Positions 10,608 to 20,493 of a stretch of 64,000 nucleotides of DNA are shown here, in pieces; position 1 is the first letter of the stretch, and each line of letters begins with the position of its first letter. The stretch comes from Myxococcota bacterium (GTDB taxonomy: Bacteria; Myxococcota_A; Bradymonadia; UBA7976; UBA1532): the NCBI GenBank assembly GCA_036337435.1, contig JAYZEG010000010.1, forward strand, positions 32,001 through 96,000, read 5' to 3'. The notes under the pieces were generated by a model. The model was given only the letters and a program-made list of their open reading frames with translations. It did not search any database and was not told where the DNA came from. The position numbers and the translations under genes were made by a program.

Positions 10608-12599
10608 ATGTTTAAACGTTTTATCAGCTTCGGCATTCTGATCTTGGGTGGGTGTAGCCAAACCCCTCAAATTCATGTCCAAGGCGTACCAGACACGACG
10701 GCAAAGCAGACAGCCACTGGTAACAAAGGGACCAGAGATAGTGCCGTCGACTCAATGCTGCCCCAGGATCCAAAGCCTGAGCCTGCGCCAGAGAAGTGCG
10801 AGAAAATACTGGGACATTGGACTAAATGCTACGAGGGGGGCTGGCTATCCAACACGAAGGTTACGTCAATGACGCAACTGTGCTTCGCGAGCAAGACACG
10901 TGAACCAGCAATTGAGGCGGAGGGTCGACGTTGGCAAGAGACGATTTACAGCGATATTGATGCCGTCAGTGAATGGGACTATGAACGGTGTCAAGTCGCT
11001 GGGCAGTGTCCCAAAAAGCTAGACCAATCTAGGCCGCCTGACATGGTGCCGAATGAGCCTGTTTTAGGCGTTACACAAGCGGGTGCAAATGCCTACTGCA
11101 GTGGACTGGGAAAGCGCCTGCCTACGCCCTCAGAATGGGCTCATCTGGGCGGATGTGGTGATAATGAGTCAACGAGGATCCTTCGGTGCGTCGATGCGGT
11201 TAAACCGGGGAAACTGAAAGCTGATTCACAGAAAAAAACGTATGCACGTCCCTATGCCAAAGCCGTTCGGAATGCTTACCTCTCTCGATTGAAGAAGGCC
11301 GGTACAAAGCAAAAAGGCGATCTGTGTAAACGCGCCTGTCGGAGAGGCGTGCCCTGGTTAGCGTGTGACCCCCATTTCGCAGACCACTACGGCCATCCAC
11401 CTGAGAAAATGGCGACCGGATTTAAAATTGAAGACACCTACAAAGGAAGCGAACGCGTCGAAGCCCTGTTGCGGGGCTATGCCAATGAATTCCCACAGGT
11501 CACCCAACTGAAAACCATCGGCTACTCCAATCAGGGTCGAAGGATTTGGGCACTCCGAATTTTTCGACAGGCTGAAAAGGAAACTGGAAAGCCAGCTGTG
11601 CTCTTAAATGGCGCTCATCATGGAGATGAGCTCTTGGCTGTGGAATATGCAATTGATGCTGCACATTATCTCTTGAGTAATCAGGACAAGCCCCGTGTAC
11701 AGAGGTGGTTGGATAGACTCGACATCTGGATTATTCCGCTGGTTAATCCAGACGGCAATCATCACACCTTATTTCGCTCATGTAAAAATAACATTGGACG
11801 TAAAAACGGTAGAGACATTAATGGAGACGGCCGCTTTACGAGCGGTGAGGGCGTAGATCTAAATCGCAATTATCCCTTTAAGTGGGGCTTTCTAGGCGAA
11901 GTGGGCAGTAAATCAGATTTTCGGCATCACCACTACCGCGGGCAAAACCCGGGGTCGGAGCCAGAGACAAAGGCTCTTATTGAACTGGCGAAGACCCATC
12001 GGTTCGTTACGGCTTTTTCATGGCACACCAACGGTAAACTGATCTTGTCGCCGTACACCATTCGCAAAGTAAAGAACATCGCACCTGATTTAGCATGGAC
12101 GGCAGCTGAAAAACTCCAGTCAGCCATGACACAGAAAAAGTCACTGCGGTTTCGCGTACAGAAAGACATGTATCCGGTCGATGGGGTCGACCAAGATTGG
12201 CATTTCAATGCCAACGGGACGCTCGCCTATATCATTGAGGGTACACATCACAACCCGCAACGAATGCGGACACGTAGGCTGTCTATCGAAACGTCCCGGC
12301 CCCTCTTTTCGGCACTGCTCGACTATACGCTCGATGCGCCTCGTGTCAGTGGCCGTATCGTCGACGGGCAAAAGCGACCACTTGATGCTGTGGTGATGGT
12401 AGACAAAGTTCGTTTCTACGAAGGGGAAACGTGGCGAACCCGAGCGCGCGACGGCCGCTTCGACCGCTTCGTGCCAGCTGCAGGCGTGTTTCGGGTGACG
12501 GTGTCAAAGCCGGGCTATACGACGCGATCCGTCGCCATAACAACAGGCCTGAAGGCAGAAGACACTGTCATCCAATTAGACCGCACGCCGGACCCCTAA
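10608..12599 (+). CDS. Lipoprotein: FGE-sulfatase-like segment, M14 zinc carboxypeptidase, carboxypeptidase regulatory-like domain
   Basis: Lipobox LGGC; AYCSGLGKRLPTPSEW; HHGDE, NPDG, RKN, GVDLNRNY, SEPET, SWH. Confidence 0.85.
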   Translation: MFKRFISFGILILGGCSQTPQIHVQGVPDTTAKQTATGNKGTRDSAVDSMLPQDPKPEPAPEKCEKILGHWTKCYEGGWLSNTKVTSMTQLCFASKTREPAIEAEGRRWQETIYSDIDAVSEWDYERCQVAGQCPKKLDQSRPPDMVPNEPVLGVTQAGANAYCSGLGKRLPTPSEWAHLGGCGDNESTRILRCVDAVKPGKLKADSQKKTYARPYAKAVRNAYLSRLKKAGTKQKGDLCKRACRRGVPWLACDPHFADHYGHPPEKMATGFKIEDTYKGSERVEALLRGYANEFPQVTQLKTIGYSNQGRRIWALRIFRQAEKETGKPAVLLNGAHHGDELLAVEYAIDAAHYLLSNQDKPRVQRWLDRLDIWIIPLVNPDGNHHTLFRSCKNNIGRKNGRDINGDGRFTSGEGVDLNRNYPFKWGFLGEVGSKSDFRHHHYRGQNPGSEPETKALIELAKTHRFVTAFSWHTNGKLILSPYTIRKVKNIAPDLAWTAAEKLQSAMTQKKSLRFRVQKDMYPVDGVDQDWHFNANGTLAYIIEGTHHNPQRMRTRRLSIETSRPLFSALLDYTLDAPRVSGRIVDGQKRPLDAVVMVDKVRFYEGETWRTRARDGRFDRFVPAAGVFRVTVSKPGYTTRSVAITTGLKAEDTVIQLDRTPDP

Positions 12600-13049
12600 T
12601 CATGCTCCGTCAGCGCCCACTTCCATGGGCGCAATTCGACACTGCCCATCGGGTTCACAAACCCCGCCCCGCGACTTAAAACGCCATCTTGCAAACAGGA
12701 CGTATCCCCAATCGAGAATCCGCCTCAGACCAGGGACCCGCGAGAGCGGAACGAGGGGTCTAAAGAGCGTTCGTGCATACAACTGCCGAAAGACCTCAAC
12801 GCCCTCAACCAACTCTCCGTTGGACAACCGGCCGTGGATGCGCAGCATAATCTCTGCGTACGTCAAACCGGTTTCTTTCTCCGAGTCGAAGTCACGTGTA
12901 GAAATGTCTGTGAAAATCAGTCGCGATTGGCGGTCGAGCCGCCGCAAAAGATTGATTTCGGCGGTACAAAGACGGCATCCGCCGTCGTAGTAGACCTCAA
13001 AGGGGGTGCTGTAGTCGGGCCGCTGGACCGGAACCGTATTCTGAGTCAT
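12600..13049 (-). CDS. DCC1-like/DUF393 thiol-disulfide oxidoreductase family protein
   Basis: YYDGGCRLC (DxxCxLC) motif. Confidence 0.85.
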   Translation of the reverse strand: MTQNTVPVQRPDYSTPFEVYYDGGCRLCTAEINLLRRLDRQSRLIFTDISTRDFDSEKETGLTYAEIMLRIHGRLSNGELVEGVEVFRQLYARTLFRPLVPLSRVPGLRRILDWGYVLFARWRFKSRGGVCEPDGQCRIAPMEVGADGA

Positions 13050-13491
13050 ATGCTAAAGCTCCTTCGTTGTAATGACGACAGAGCTCGGTGGGAGGTTACG
13101 GACAACCCGGGTGGACCAATGGGAGTTTTGTTCAGATACGGAAGCATTGAAATCGATGGTCTCGGCTGATGGGGGAACATGAGAAGAAACGGATTCTTAC
13201 AGATGCCGCTTTCAATCAACTCTTCAATAAATGCATCAAGCAATGTTTTCTCCGAAGGTTATCACCAAATCATTGAGGTGGCCCGATCGCCCAGCCCCTC
13301 GGTAATTTCGTCCCGACAAAACAGCAGTTTTACAAATGGTTGACGTCGCTTCGAGCAGGCTGGCGGTCGCGATGAGTGTCCCCAAATTGAACAAACCTAT
13401 GGAACATACCCATTTAAAAGTAATTAATTACAGCTATTTAAAACTTTTCTGAGAAAAAACTACCGTTCGTATGGTTTTTCACAATCTGAAG

Positions 13492-13500
13492 TGATAGTAT
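13492..13500 (+). promoter_or_regulatory. Possible extended -10 promoter for the putative sRNA
   Basis: TGaTAGTAT downstream of an AT-rich tract and just upstream of the first stem-loop. Confidence 0.35.
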
Positions 13501-13506
13501 GCCGCC

Positions 13507-13617
13507 ACATAACGACTCGGACATCTGTTTCGGTTCGTCGCTGCTTTCTCGTACCCCCCCATTCCCCTACACGAGAGAGCGGTTGACCGCTCCCTGCCCC
13601 GGGAGCGGTTTTTTTTT
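13507..13617 (+). ncRNA. Putative ~110-nt sRNA with three stem-loops and C-rich loops
   Basis: SL2 GCTGCTTTCTCGT/ACGAGAGAGCGGT (three G.U pairs, plus strand only) with loop ACCCCCCCATTCCCCTAC; ends in a strong terminator with no credible plus-strand CDS upstream; 5' end inferred. Confidence 0.65.
13586..13617 (+). terminator. Intrinsic terminator
   Basis: ACCGCTCCC-tgcccc-GGGAGCGGT followed by a T run. Confidence 0.85.
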
Positions 13618-13705
13618 CTCAAAACTGCCTTTGGTAGCCATATAGGATGGATAGGCAGGTCGCCCTGAACCGATAACAACTCAGACATCGAGGTGGATAA
13701 AGACG

Positions 13706-14249
13706 GTGACCCAAGTCGGAGTATTCATGCCGAAGGGTGTTTACAACACAATGTGGAATGAATCGATCACACGCATCGATGCCCAAGGCGTATTCAATCA
13801 TCAAAGGGTGCTGCGATTCACCGTTCCAGGCGCATTTGCGCCTGGCTGCACGCAAGAACATCGACCCGATCATGTGCGAACAGCAAATGAGATTTACAAA
13901 AACGAGTTTGGCATCATCGCATCATTGACTGTCGATGATGCCTGGACCATAAATTCTTGGGTACAGCTTACCAATGCAAAGGGTCCAATACGAACGCGTT
14001 CCAATGGCAGTCACGACGATGAAAGTAAAAGAGACATGTAAACTTGGCTTGGAATCTGTTCTCACACGGATAAATATGAGTGTCCGATGCAGGCGGTACT
14101 CAGTGGTCACCAAAGAAGGTGTTGCCAAACGCATCTACGAGGACAAGCGAATGAGTGAATTCATTGGGGCTCGTAACACGTTAGCCTTTCCATCGGGCAA
14201 TAGACCTGACACTCCATCGCAGGGTCAAACAACGATTACAGCCAACTGA
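13706..14249 (+). pseudogene. Frameshifted peroxiredoxin (Prx5-like) remnant
   Basis: First frame VPGAFAPGCTQEH; second frame KLGL...MSVRCRRYSVVTKEGV matches the Prx5 C-terminus; frame change near 14020-14040. Confidence 0.7.
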
Positions 14250-14278
14250 CTGACTTAATTAGATAGGGAGATGAGGTC

Positions 14279-14920
14279 ATGAATCCGATGGCATACCTGA
14301 TTACAGGACTTCTCTTTGGCTGTGGGGCCAGTGTCTCTAAGTCGACAAAATCATCCAATAAATCGCCAAATATCCAAGAGAGCACGCGGCTACTTTCCCA
14401 TGCAGATATGGACGATGAGGAGGCGATGCTCGATGAAGGCGACAGCGACCATTTGTTCATTCCCGATCCAATTCGGGCAGACCGTAGCAAAATAAGGTGT
14501 ACTAAAAGCTCCAAATCAGACTTAGAGACCGTCCAATGGGGCCACTTATTGGCCTTCGACACCAGTGGCTGCGCTGTCGTTGATGTTGGGTTGGACGCCA
14601 AGGGGATCCCCGTCCTGGTTAAAAATAAGCGAGACCTTTTGAGACTGACAAACTGTGAGCAAGTCAGACCCCAACCAGAGATCCTGGTTGACTTCAAAAC
14701 GCAGCAAGTGCTCGTGATTGAGGGACTGCATAGCAAGATGGCCTCGGAGCCTCTCGATGCCTGGTTAATGTACACGCAGAAAACCCTTCGAATCGGTTTG
14801 GTCTTCGACTGGCAATCAAGCGAAGAAACTCGACTGTATCGTGCGATTGTCATTGCACCACGTCGCACGACTCGCATCGAAACAGACCTCTGCTACGCCC
14901 CGACAATAGAGTCTAATTAA
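14279..14920 (+). CDS. Hypothetical lipoprotein
   Basis: GAGG before ATG; lipobox LLFGC. Confidence 0.65.
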   Translation: MNPMAYLITGLLFGCGASVSKSTKSSNKSPNIQESTRLLSHADMDDEEAMLDEGDSDHLFIPDPIRADRSKIRCTKSSKSDLETVQWGHLLAFDTSGCAVVDVGLDAKGIPVLVKNKRDLLRLTNCEQVRPQPEILVDFKTQQVLVIEGLHSKMASEPLDAWLMYTQKTLRIGLVFDWQSSEETRLYRAIVIAPRRTTRIETDLCYAPTIESN

Positions 14921-15152
14921 CGCCTGTCATTTTAAATTTCGAGCAGCCCGTCTCGCCCACGATAAAAGTCAGCATGGACCGTGTTAGCCGAGAAAACACG
15001 ATGTGCCATCGCGTCAACCGGAGAGAGAGCAGCCAGTCGTCAGTCTGGCAAAAAATTGGTCACAAACTCCGTTTTAATCACTCGAATCTTTCGGGGGAAA
15101 CAGACTCCAAAAAGCTGCGAGTCAAAACATGGCTAAGTCGGTAATTTGGGCA

Positions 15153-16046
15153 TCACTTGAGCTCGAAGAGCAAGAAGTTCCCTTCGCCCGCATCCTGAGC
15201 CATTATTGTATGTTCATAACGAGTACTGGATAAGAAAGACATAGATGTCACAAGGCCACGCCAAAATGGGTTTCGCATCGTGCCATCGCCCCTGAATGCA
15301 ATGGCTGCAACGCTGAGATGACGACCCGATACGTCGATCAAAGCTCCCCTAAACACATTGCCTATTTCTCGTAAGGTATTCTGTTCGTCGGGATTAAATC
15401 GTCGATTCGTTTGAACCTGATTGACCGATGCGCCAGGCCGTAAGCAGCGGATGAGCATGTGTGCCAAATTAAAGTCGAGTCCAATGACGAAGTTGATCTC
15501 CTCGTCTGCATCGGCATAGGCAATGGCAGCACCGACAGACCCGTCAAATCTAAATCCGTCACTCTCAATGAGTGACAGACGCCGGTCCACCATGGCACCA
15601 AAAGCCTTTATACAGTGACCGGCTAGTGAGAATTGCGACCCGTCTGACGAGTTCGTTTCCGCAGGGGGACGAGGTAGATCCAAGGCAATGTGAATTGCCT
15701 TTTTGATTTCCGCTGGCGAAAATGGCTTGGTAACGACGAACGCTGCCCCAGCCCGAAGTGCCTCCATACGTTGGTCATCACTGGCATTTCCCGTAACCAT
15801 GCCAACGGGTACTTGGGCTCCGTTTCGAACGAAGGCGCGTAAGAGCTCGAGTCCCGATATGCCAGGCATGGCCCAATCAGTAATGACAAGATGTGGTCGA
15901 ACCTGGCGAAAGATCGGCACCGCTTGTCGAGCATCCCTCGCCTCATAGAACGTTGTCCGCCAGCCAAAAGAACGGATGGTTCTGACCAAAACCGCACGCA
16001 TTGCCGCGCTGTCATCAACAACCAGAATTCGGAGTGTATCAATCAA
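15153..16046 (-). CDS. Response regulator: CheY-like receiver plus CheC/CheX-like domain
   Basis: ILVVDDS, TDWAMPG, VTKPF; C-terminal LREIGN (ExxN). Confidence 0.8.
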   Translation of the reverse strand: MIDTLRILVVDDSAAMRAVLVRTIRSFGWRTTFYEARDARQAVPIFRQVRPHLVITDWAMPGISGLELLRAFVRNGAQVPVGMVTGNASDDQRMEALRAGAAFVVTKPFSPAEIKKAIHIALDLPRPPAETNSSDGSQFSLAGHCIKAFGAMVDRRLSLIESDGFRFDGSVGAAIAYADADEEINFVIGLDFNLAHMLIRCLRPGASVNQVQTNRRFNPDEQNTLREIGNVFRGALIDVSGRHLSVAAIAFRGDGTMRNPFWRGLVTSMSFLSSTRYEHTIMAQDAGEGNFLLFELK

Positions 16047-16375
16047 GCAATCGGACTTTCTTTTGAAATGAACAATTCATGCTCTCGTCAGTTTAAATCG
16101 GCTGTATTTCATGTCGACCCTCACCGAAAAAGATGGATCACGTAAGAGGCGACGGTCTTCGATCATATCACAAACGTCAAAACAATCGCTGCTCCGGTTG
16201 AGTCGTTTAGCACAGGTAAAGCGAACACGGCCAAGTCTAACCCTTAATCAGTCAGCGAGGGGAACAAAATTGACGTAGGGCCGTTGTTAAACCTACTCTG
16301 GCCGAGAGGGTCATCGCCAAAGCTGCATGAGTGCAAACCAAACGTAGCCGATTGGCCCGTACCTAAGGACCGATT

Positions 16376-18322
16376 ATGACGGCGATTGAAATCCTGGCCT
16401 CTCGAAAGCTACTGGACGAACTCGAACCATTTCATTTGATTTGGTGCAAATCAGGGCCACTCGAACACATCTCTGAAAAGGCCCGGGCGTATTTTGAATG
16501 CGCTTCAACCAGCAATGAATCCACCGGCACAATCGTTTATCTGCTCCATCCATTCCACGCAGTGATGACACTAGAGATCATGAAAGGCCTAGGCCAATCG
16601 ACCATCAAGATTAGCCATCAGCCCAAAGGATCACGGGTTCTTTCGGGTCGACTTCTAGACAGTGAAGGTGTGGGAGGCTGGCTCTTTGTCGGCACACCCG
16701 AGAACGTGGATGACCAAATGGACAGCACGCAGACGGACAAAGCTGTGCGCCCGGATGGCGTACAAAACAGCTCGAAACAAGTCCGATGGAGCCACAGCGA
16801 GAGTGACTTTGATGTGGTGTCAGACTTGAGTCCACACAGTGAACGTCAAGGCCGGGACGATAAGCGACCCGTATACAATGCACCCCTGAGCCAACTCGAA
16901 CTCGAGAGTACACTGGGTGAACTGAAGCGAACGCAGGCCACGCTGGTACAGCAGGAGCGATTGAAGGCGGTCGGCGAGATGGTTCGAGGGATTGCCCACG
17001 ACTTCAGCAATATACTGACTCCGATTTCTGCGTATTCATGGTTGCTCAAATCTCACCCAGAGGTATCCCCTGCTGAACGGGACGAATATGTTGACTTGAT
17101 CATGACAGCCACCAAGGATGCCCATGCTTTGATCGAACGACTTCGGCGCCTCTATAATCCAGCCAGTTCGTCTGCCACATACTCGTCTTTCGATATCAAC
17201 GGTCTCATCAAAGAAACGCTGCGTTTAGCTGAACCAAGATGGGCTGACCAATTGGGAGCAGAATCACAGTCGGTTGAGATTGTTGAGTCTCTACAGTCCG
17301 TGGGATTGATGACGGCGGTCGAAAGTGACATTCGTCAAGCCCTACTCAATCTTCTGTACAATGCGGCAGATGCCATCAAGAAAAACGGTGTGATTGCGGT
17401 GGAAAGTATCTCGGATGAGCAACGGATATGGATCTCAATCTGTGACGATGGGTCCGGAATGAATCCTGAGGTTCTTGAAACATGTGCGACCCCGTTTTTC
17501 ACGACCAAGGGTGACGCCGGAACCGGCTTAGGTCTGCCGATGGTCTTCGAGACGGCAGTGCGGCACGGCGGGGACGTACGGATTGAGTCAGAGCTGGGTC
17601 ATGGCACACGCGTCACACTCTGTTTACCCAGGCAACCGCTAGAAAATGGAGCGAGTGAAATCCATGCGACATCGACAGCCATCGCTGCGAGGCTTGTGAC
17701 CCGGGTTGGACTCGACGCCGGTGCGCTAGCCACACCCATTGGCCAAGGCGATGGTGAACATCATATGAGTGACAGTGACGTACTTGACGCCCTTTTCGAG
17801 GCTGCACTCGATCCGAATATGGTGACTCAAGAGGTCATGTATCCACCAGGCGCGTTCGCTTTGGAACAAACCGCCTCCATGGACGTTCAGAGCAGCACAA
17901 AGCCAAAAACTTCAGACCCATCAGAGCAACAGGCACTCAAGTCGGATGATACGCTCCACATTCTCGTCGTCGATGATGATGAGGCCATCCTCAACGTCCT
18001 CAGTCGAATCATCGATACCCATGGCCATACGAGTTACACAGCTGAAAATGGCTCGCAGGCTCTCGTACTCGCTGACCGCTTGGATTTTGACCTGGTGATT
18101 TGTGACTTGGACATGCCTGGCATGAAGGGAGACCAGCTTTGCCTGTCTTTAAAGCAACTATCTCCCAGGGCCAAGCTCATCATGTTTACTGGAAATCCCG
18201 ACGGCATAGTCCCAGATGCTCGACATATCTTGGACGCGATAGTGACCAAACCAAACTCTCCCGTCGATGTACTTATGGCCGGCATTGACTTGGTATACTC
18301 CGGACGTAACACGTCGAATTAA
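16376..18322 (+). CDS. Hybrid histidine kinase with N-terminal HNOBA/PAS-like domain
   Basis: AHDFSN H-box, NAADA, DDGSGM, PFFTTK, GTGLGL; C-terminal receiver LVVDDD..DLDMPG. Confidence 0.9.
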   Translation: MTAIEILASRKLLDELEPFHLIWCKSGPLEHISEKARAYFECASTSNESTGTIVYLLHPFHAVMTLEIMKGLGQSTIKISHQPKGSRVLSGRLLDSEGVGGWLFVGTPENVDDQMDSTQTDKAVRPDGVQNSSKQVRWSHSESDFDVVSDLSPHSERQGRDDKRPVYNAPLSQLELESTLGELKRTQATLVQQERLKAVGEMVRGIAHDFSNILTPISAYSWLLKSHPEVSPAERDEYVDLIMTATKDAHALIERLRRLYNPASSSATYSSFDINGLIKETLRLAEPRWADQLGAESQSVEIVESLQSVGLMTAVESDIRQALLNLLYNAADAIKKNGVIAVESISDEQRIWISICDDGSGMNPEVLETCATPFFTTKGDAGTGLGLPMVFETAVRHGGDVRIESELGHGTRVTLCLPRQPLENGASEIHATSTAIAARLVTRVGLDAGALATPIGQGDGEHHMSDSDVLDALFEAALDPNMVTQEVMYPPGAFALEQTASMDVQSSTKPKTSDPSEQQALKSDDTLHILVVDDDEAILNVLSRIIDTHGHTSYTAENGSQALVLADRLDFDLVICDLDMPGMKGDQLCLSLKQLSPRAKLIMFTGNPDGIVPDARHILDAIVTKPNSPVDVLMAGIDLVYSGRNTSN

Positions 18323-18327
18323 AGCCT

Positions 18328-19158
18328 TCACACGTCCTTAAACCACGGACTGGTCGAACCATAAACAGCCTGCTCTACAGACTGGTATATGTCCGGATTC
18401 AGGGCCGCAAATTGCTGTATGACCGTTTTGATGTCACGCCGTTTTGCTCGGGGAAAAGTATCACATACGGGACATGCAACAGCACCAATGCCCGACGTCG
18501 AAAGCCAGCTTCGAATCTTACGTTCATCGACGAAAAGCAGTGGGCGAATGGTCAACGTTGGAGACGCTGAGGCCGGTGTCATAGCCTTCAAAGGATCTAA
18601 TCGTCGTCCAAATAATAAGTTGAGAAAAAATGTCTCCAGGGCGTCATCCAGGTGGTGCCCGAGCGCGAGCTTGTTATAGCCGTTTTCAGCACACCAATCG
18701 TTCAATATGCCGCGTCGCATGCGACTACAGATCGAACAGGGAATCTGGCCCGGCTTTAGCTTCTGTTCAACCACCGACCAAGTGTCTCGATCGATGATTT
18801 CACACTCGACATCAAGTCGTTTCAGGCTGCGTTCAAAAGTGACATGATCGAACCCGGGTTGACCCTGGTCGAGATGGATGACCTGAAAATCGAAGCTCAA
18901 ATCATGTCGCAGCATCAACTGCTTGAAGACACTGATGAGCAACAATGAGTCTTTACCACCAGAACAGCCAACCGCAACGCGGTCACCATTTTTGATTAAG
19001 TCAAACTTGTGAATGGCATGTTCGACAGAGCGCATAATTGCTTTGGACGGGGTATCCGACGACGCAATGGACGGTTGAGGATCAGCCGCGTCTCTCAACT
19101 GGACTAATTCCGGTTCGGATACCGAGGTTAATGGTCCTAAATCTGACATCGTATACAC
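18328..19158 (-). CDS. ttcA: tRNA 2-thiocytidine biosynthesis protein TtcA
   Basis: SGGKDS PP-loop, HLDQGQPGF, CSICSRMRRG, ALGHHLDD, IRPL, CPVC. Confidence 0.85.
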   Translation of the reverse strand: MYTMSDLGPLTSVSEPELVQLRDAADPQPSIASSDTPSKAIMRSVEHAIHKFDLIKNGDRVAVGCSGGKDSLLLISVFKQLMLRHDLSFDFQVIHLDQGQPGFDHVTFERSLKRLDVECEIIDRDTWSVVEQKLKPGQIPCSICSRMRRGILNDWCAENGYNKLALGHHLDDALETFFLNLLFGRRLDPLKAMTPASASPTLTIRPLLFVDERKIRSWLSTSGIGAVACPVCDTFPRAKRRDIKTVIQQFAALNPDIYQSVEQAVYGSTSPWFKDV

Positions 19159-19235
19159 CCAGAAAAATCACATCTCGTGTGATCTACTAGCAAAAACTGA
19201 GAACGCTTTCCACGGGTCGGTGCCAGAGTTGCTGC

Positions 19236-20324
19236 CTAGTCATCAGCAACAAATCCAGGCCAGCGAGTAAGATAATCGGCAAAGACGGAACTCACACCCT
19301 CGTGGGCCAACACCTGTCGAGTGACAGGCAATGGTCGCGGATGAAAATTGCGATCAGCCATCACCAAAGCTGGGAAATCGTGATGAAGAATACCGGCACG
19401 ACCGATACCAACGAAGTCGACTCCCCGAGAAAGGACGGTTTCTACATCTGGCGCGGTTTTAATTTTTCCTGCGACCGTCAGTTTTGTCTGTCCACGTTCT
19501 AGGGAAGAAAAGACCTCCAACAAACCATGCTCATCATCTGGATTATGGTCACTTTTCTTCTTGTAATCCCACAAGGAGACATCCAAAAAATCCACGTTTT
19601 TTTTTCCGACCAAGAGTCTGAAAACGTCAATGGCCTCAGGCAATTCGATGCCGTACTTTTCCGGCGAGAGCCTTAATCCCAATAAAAATTGTGAACCACA
19701 AACCTGACGTATGCCGTCGATAATGTCCGAGATCAGTCGCATGCGGTTCAAAACTGAACCGCCGAACTGGTCGGTTCTGCGGTTGTACTTGGCACTTAAG
19801 AATTGGCAGAGCAGATAGTCGTGAGCCCCGTGAATCTCGACCCCATCATAGCCTGCTGATTGCGCTCTGAAAGCCGCTTCGACAAAATCGCCGCAGAGGG
19901 CCTCTATCTCATTGAGTGTTAATGCACGGGCGCCGGTGGACGCGTCAGGGGACGGACAGACCGGTGGCCCATCGATGACATCAAGGAGGGCTCGCCTACC
20001 TGCATGATGAAGCTGAATAACAGCCACGGCTCCATGTTCTCTGATCCCGCCTGCGAGTCGTCGATGCCCATCGAGAAGCGAATCGGCGTAAATGCCTAAC
20101 TGGCCGGGAAATCCCTGGCCGATTGTTTGAACATGAGCAGCACAAGTCATCACCATGCCAAATTGGCCGACGGCTCGTTTAACAAGCCAATCATATTCTT
20201 CGTCACTGAGAGTGCCGTCCTTAAAGCTCTGACAGTTGGTCATCGGGGCCAACATAAAACGGTTTGGCATAGTCACACCGCAGCGAAAGGACAAGGGCGT
20301 GCCTTGGTCAATGCTTTGATTCAA
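19236..20324 (-). CDS. NADH:flavin oxidoreductase (Old Yellow Enzyme family)
   Basis: NRFMLAPMT, QLHHAG, DGVEIHGAHDYL, NRRTDQFGGS. Confidence 0.9.
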   Translation of the reverse strand: MNQSIDQGTPLSFRCGVTMPNRFMLAPMTNCQSFKDGTLSDEEYDWLVKRAVGQFGMVMTCAAHVQTIGQGFPGQLGIYADSLLDGHRRLAGGIREHGAVAVIQLHHAGRRALLDVIDGPPVCPSPDASTGARALTLNEIEALCGDFVEAAFRAQSAGYDGVEIHGAHDYLLCQFLSAKYNRRTDQFGGSVLNRMRLISDIIDGIRQVCGSQFLLGLRLSPEKYGIELPEAIDVFRLLVGKKNVDFLDVSLWDYKKKSDHNPDDEHGLLEVFSSLERGQTKLTVAGKIKTAPDVETVLSRGVDFVGIGRAGILHHDFPALVMADRNFHPRPLPVTRQVLAHEGVSSVFADYLTRWPGFVADD

Positions 20325-20493
20325 TGGCGAACCTCCTTTTTCAAAGTGAGTCGGAGCCCAATCAAATATCAGTGAGCTAAAGACCTATGCAAAATTGGCT
20401 TACAAGAGAAATTCGGGTTCATCATACGAAATTCAGTTTCTGCCGATGAGCAATCTCAGCTCTCATGGAGGCCCAGACAATACGGGGCCATCA

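Noticed and set aside
14236..14877. 213-aa minus-strand ORF
   Set aside because: Overlaps a plus-strand ORF that has an RBS and a lipobox
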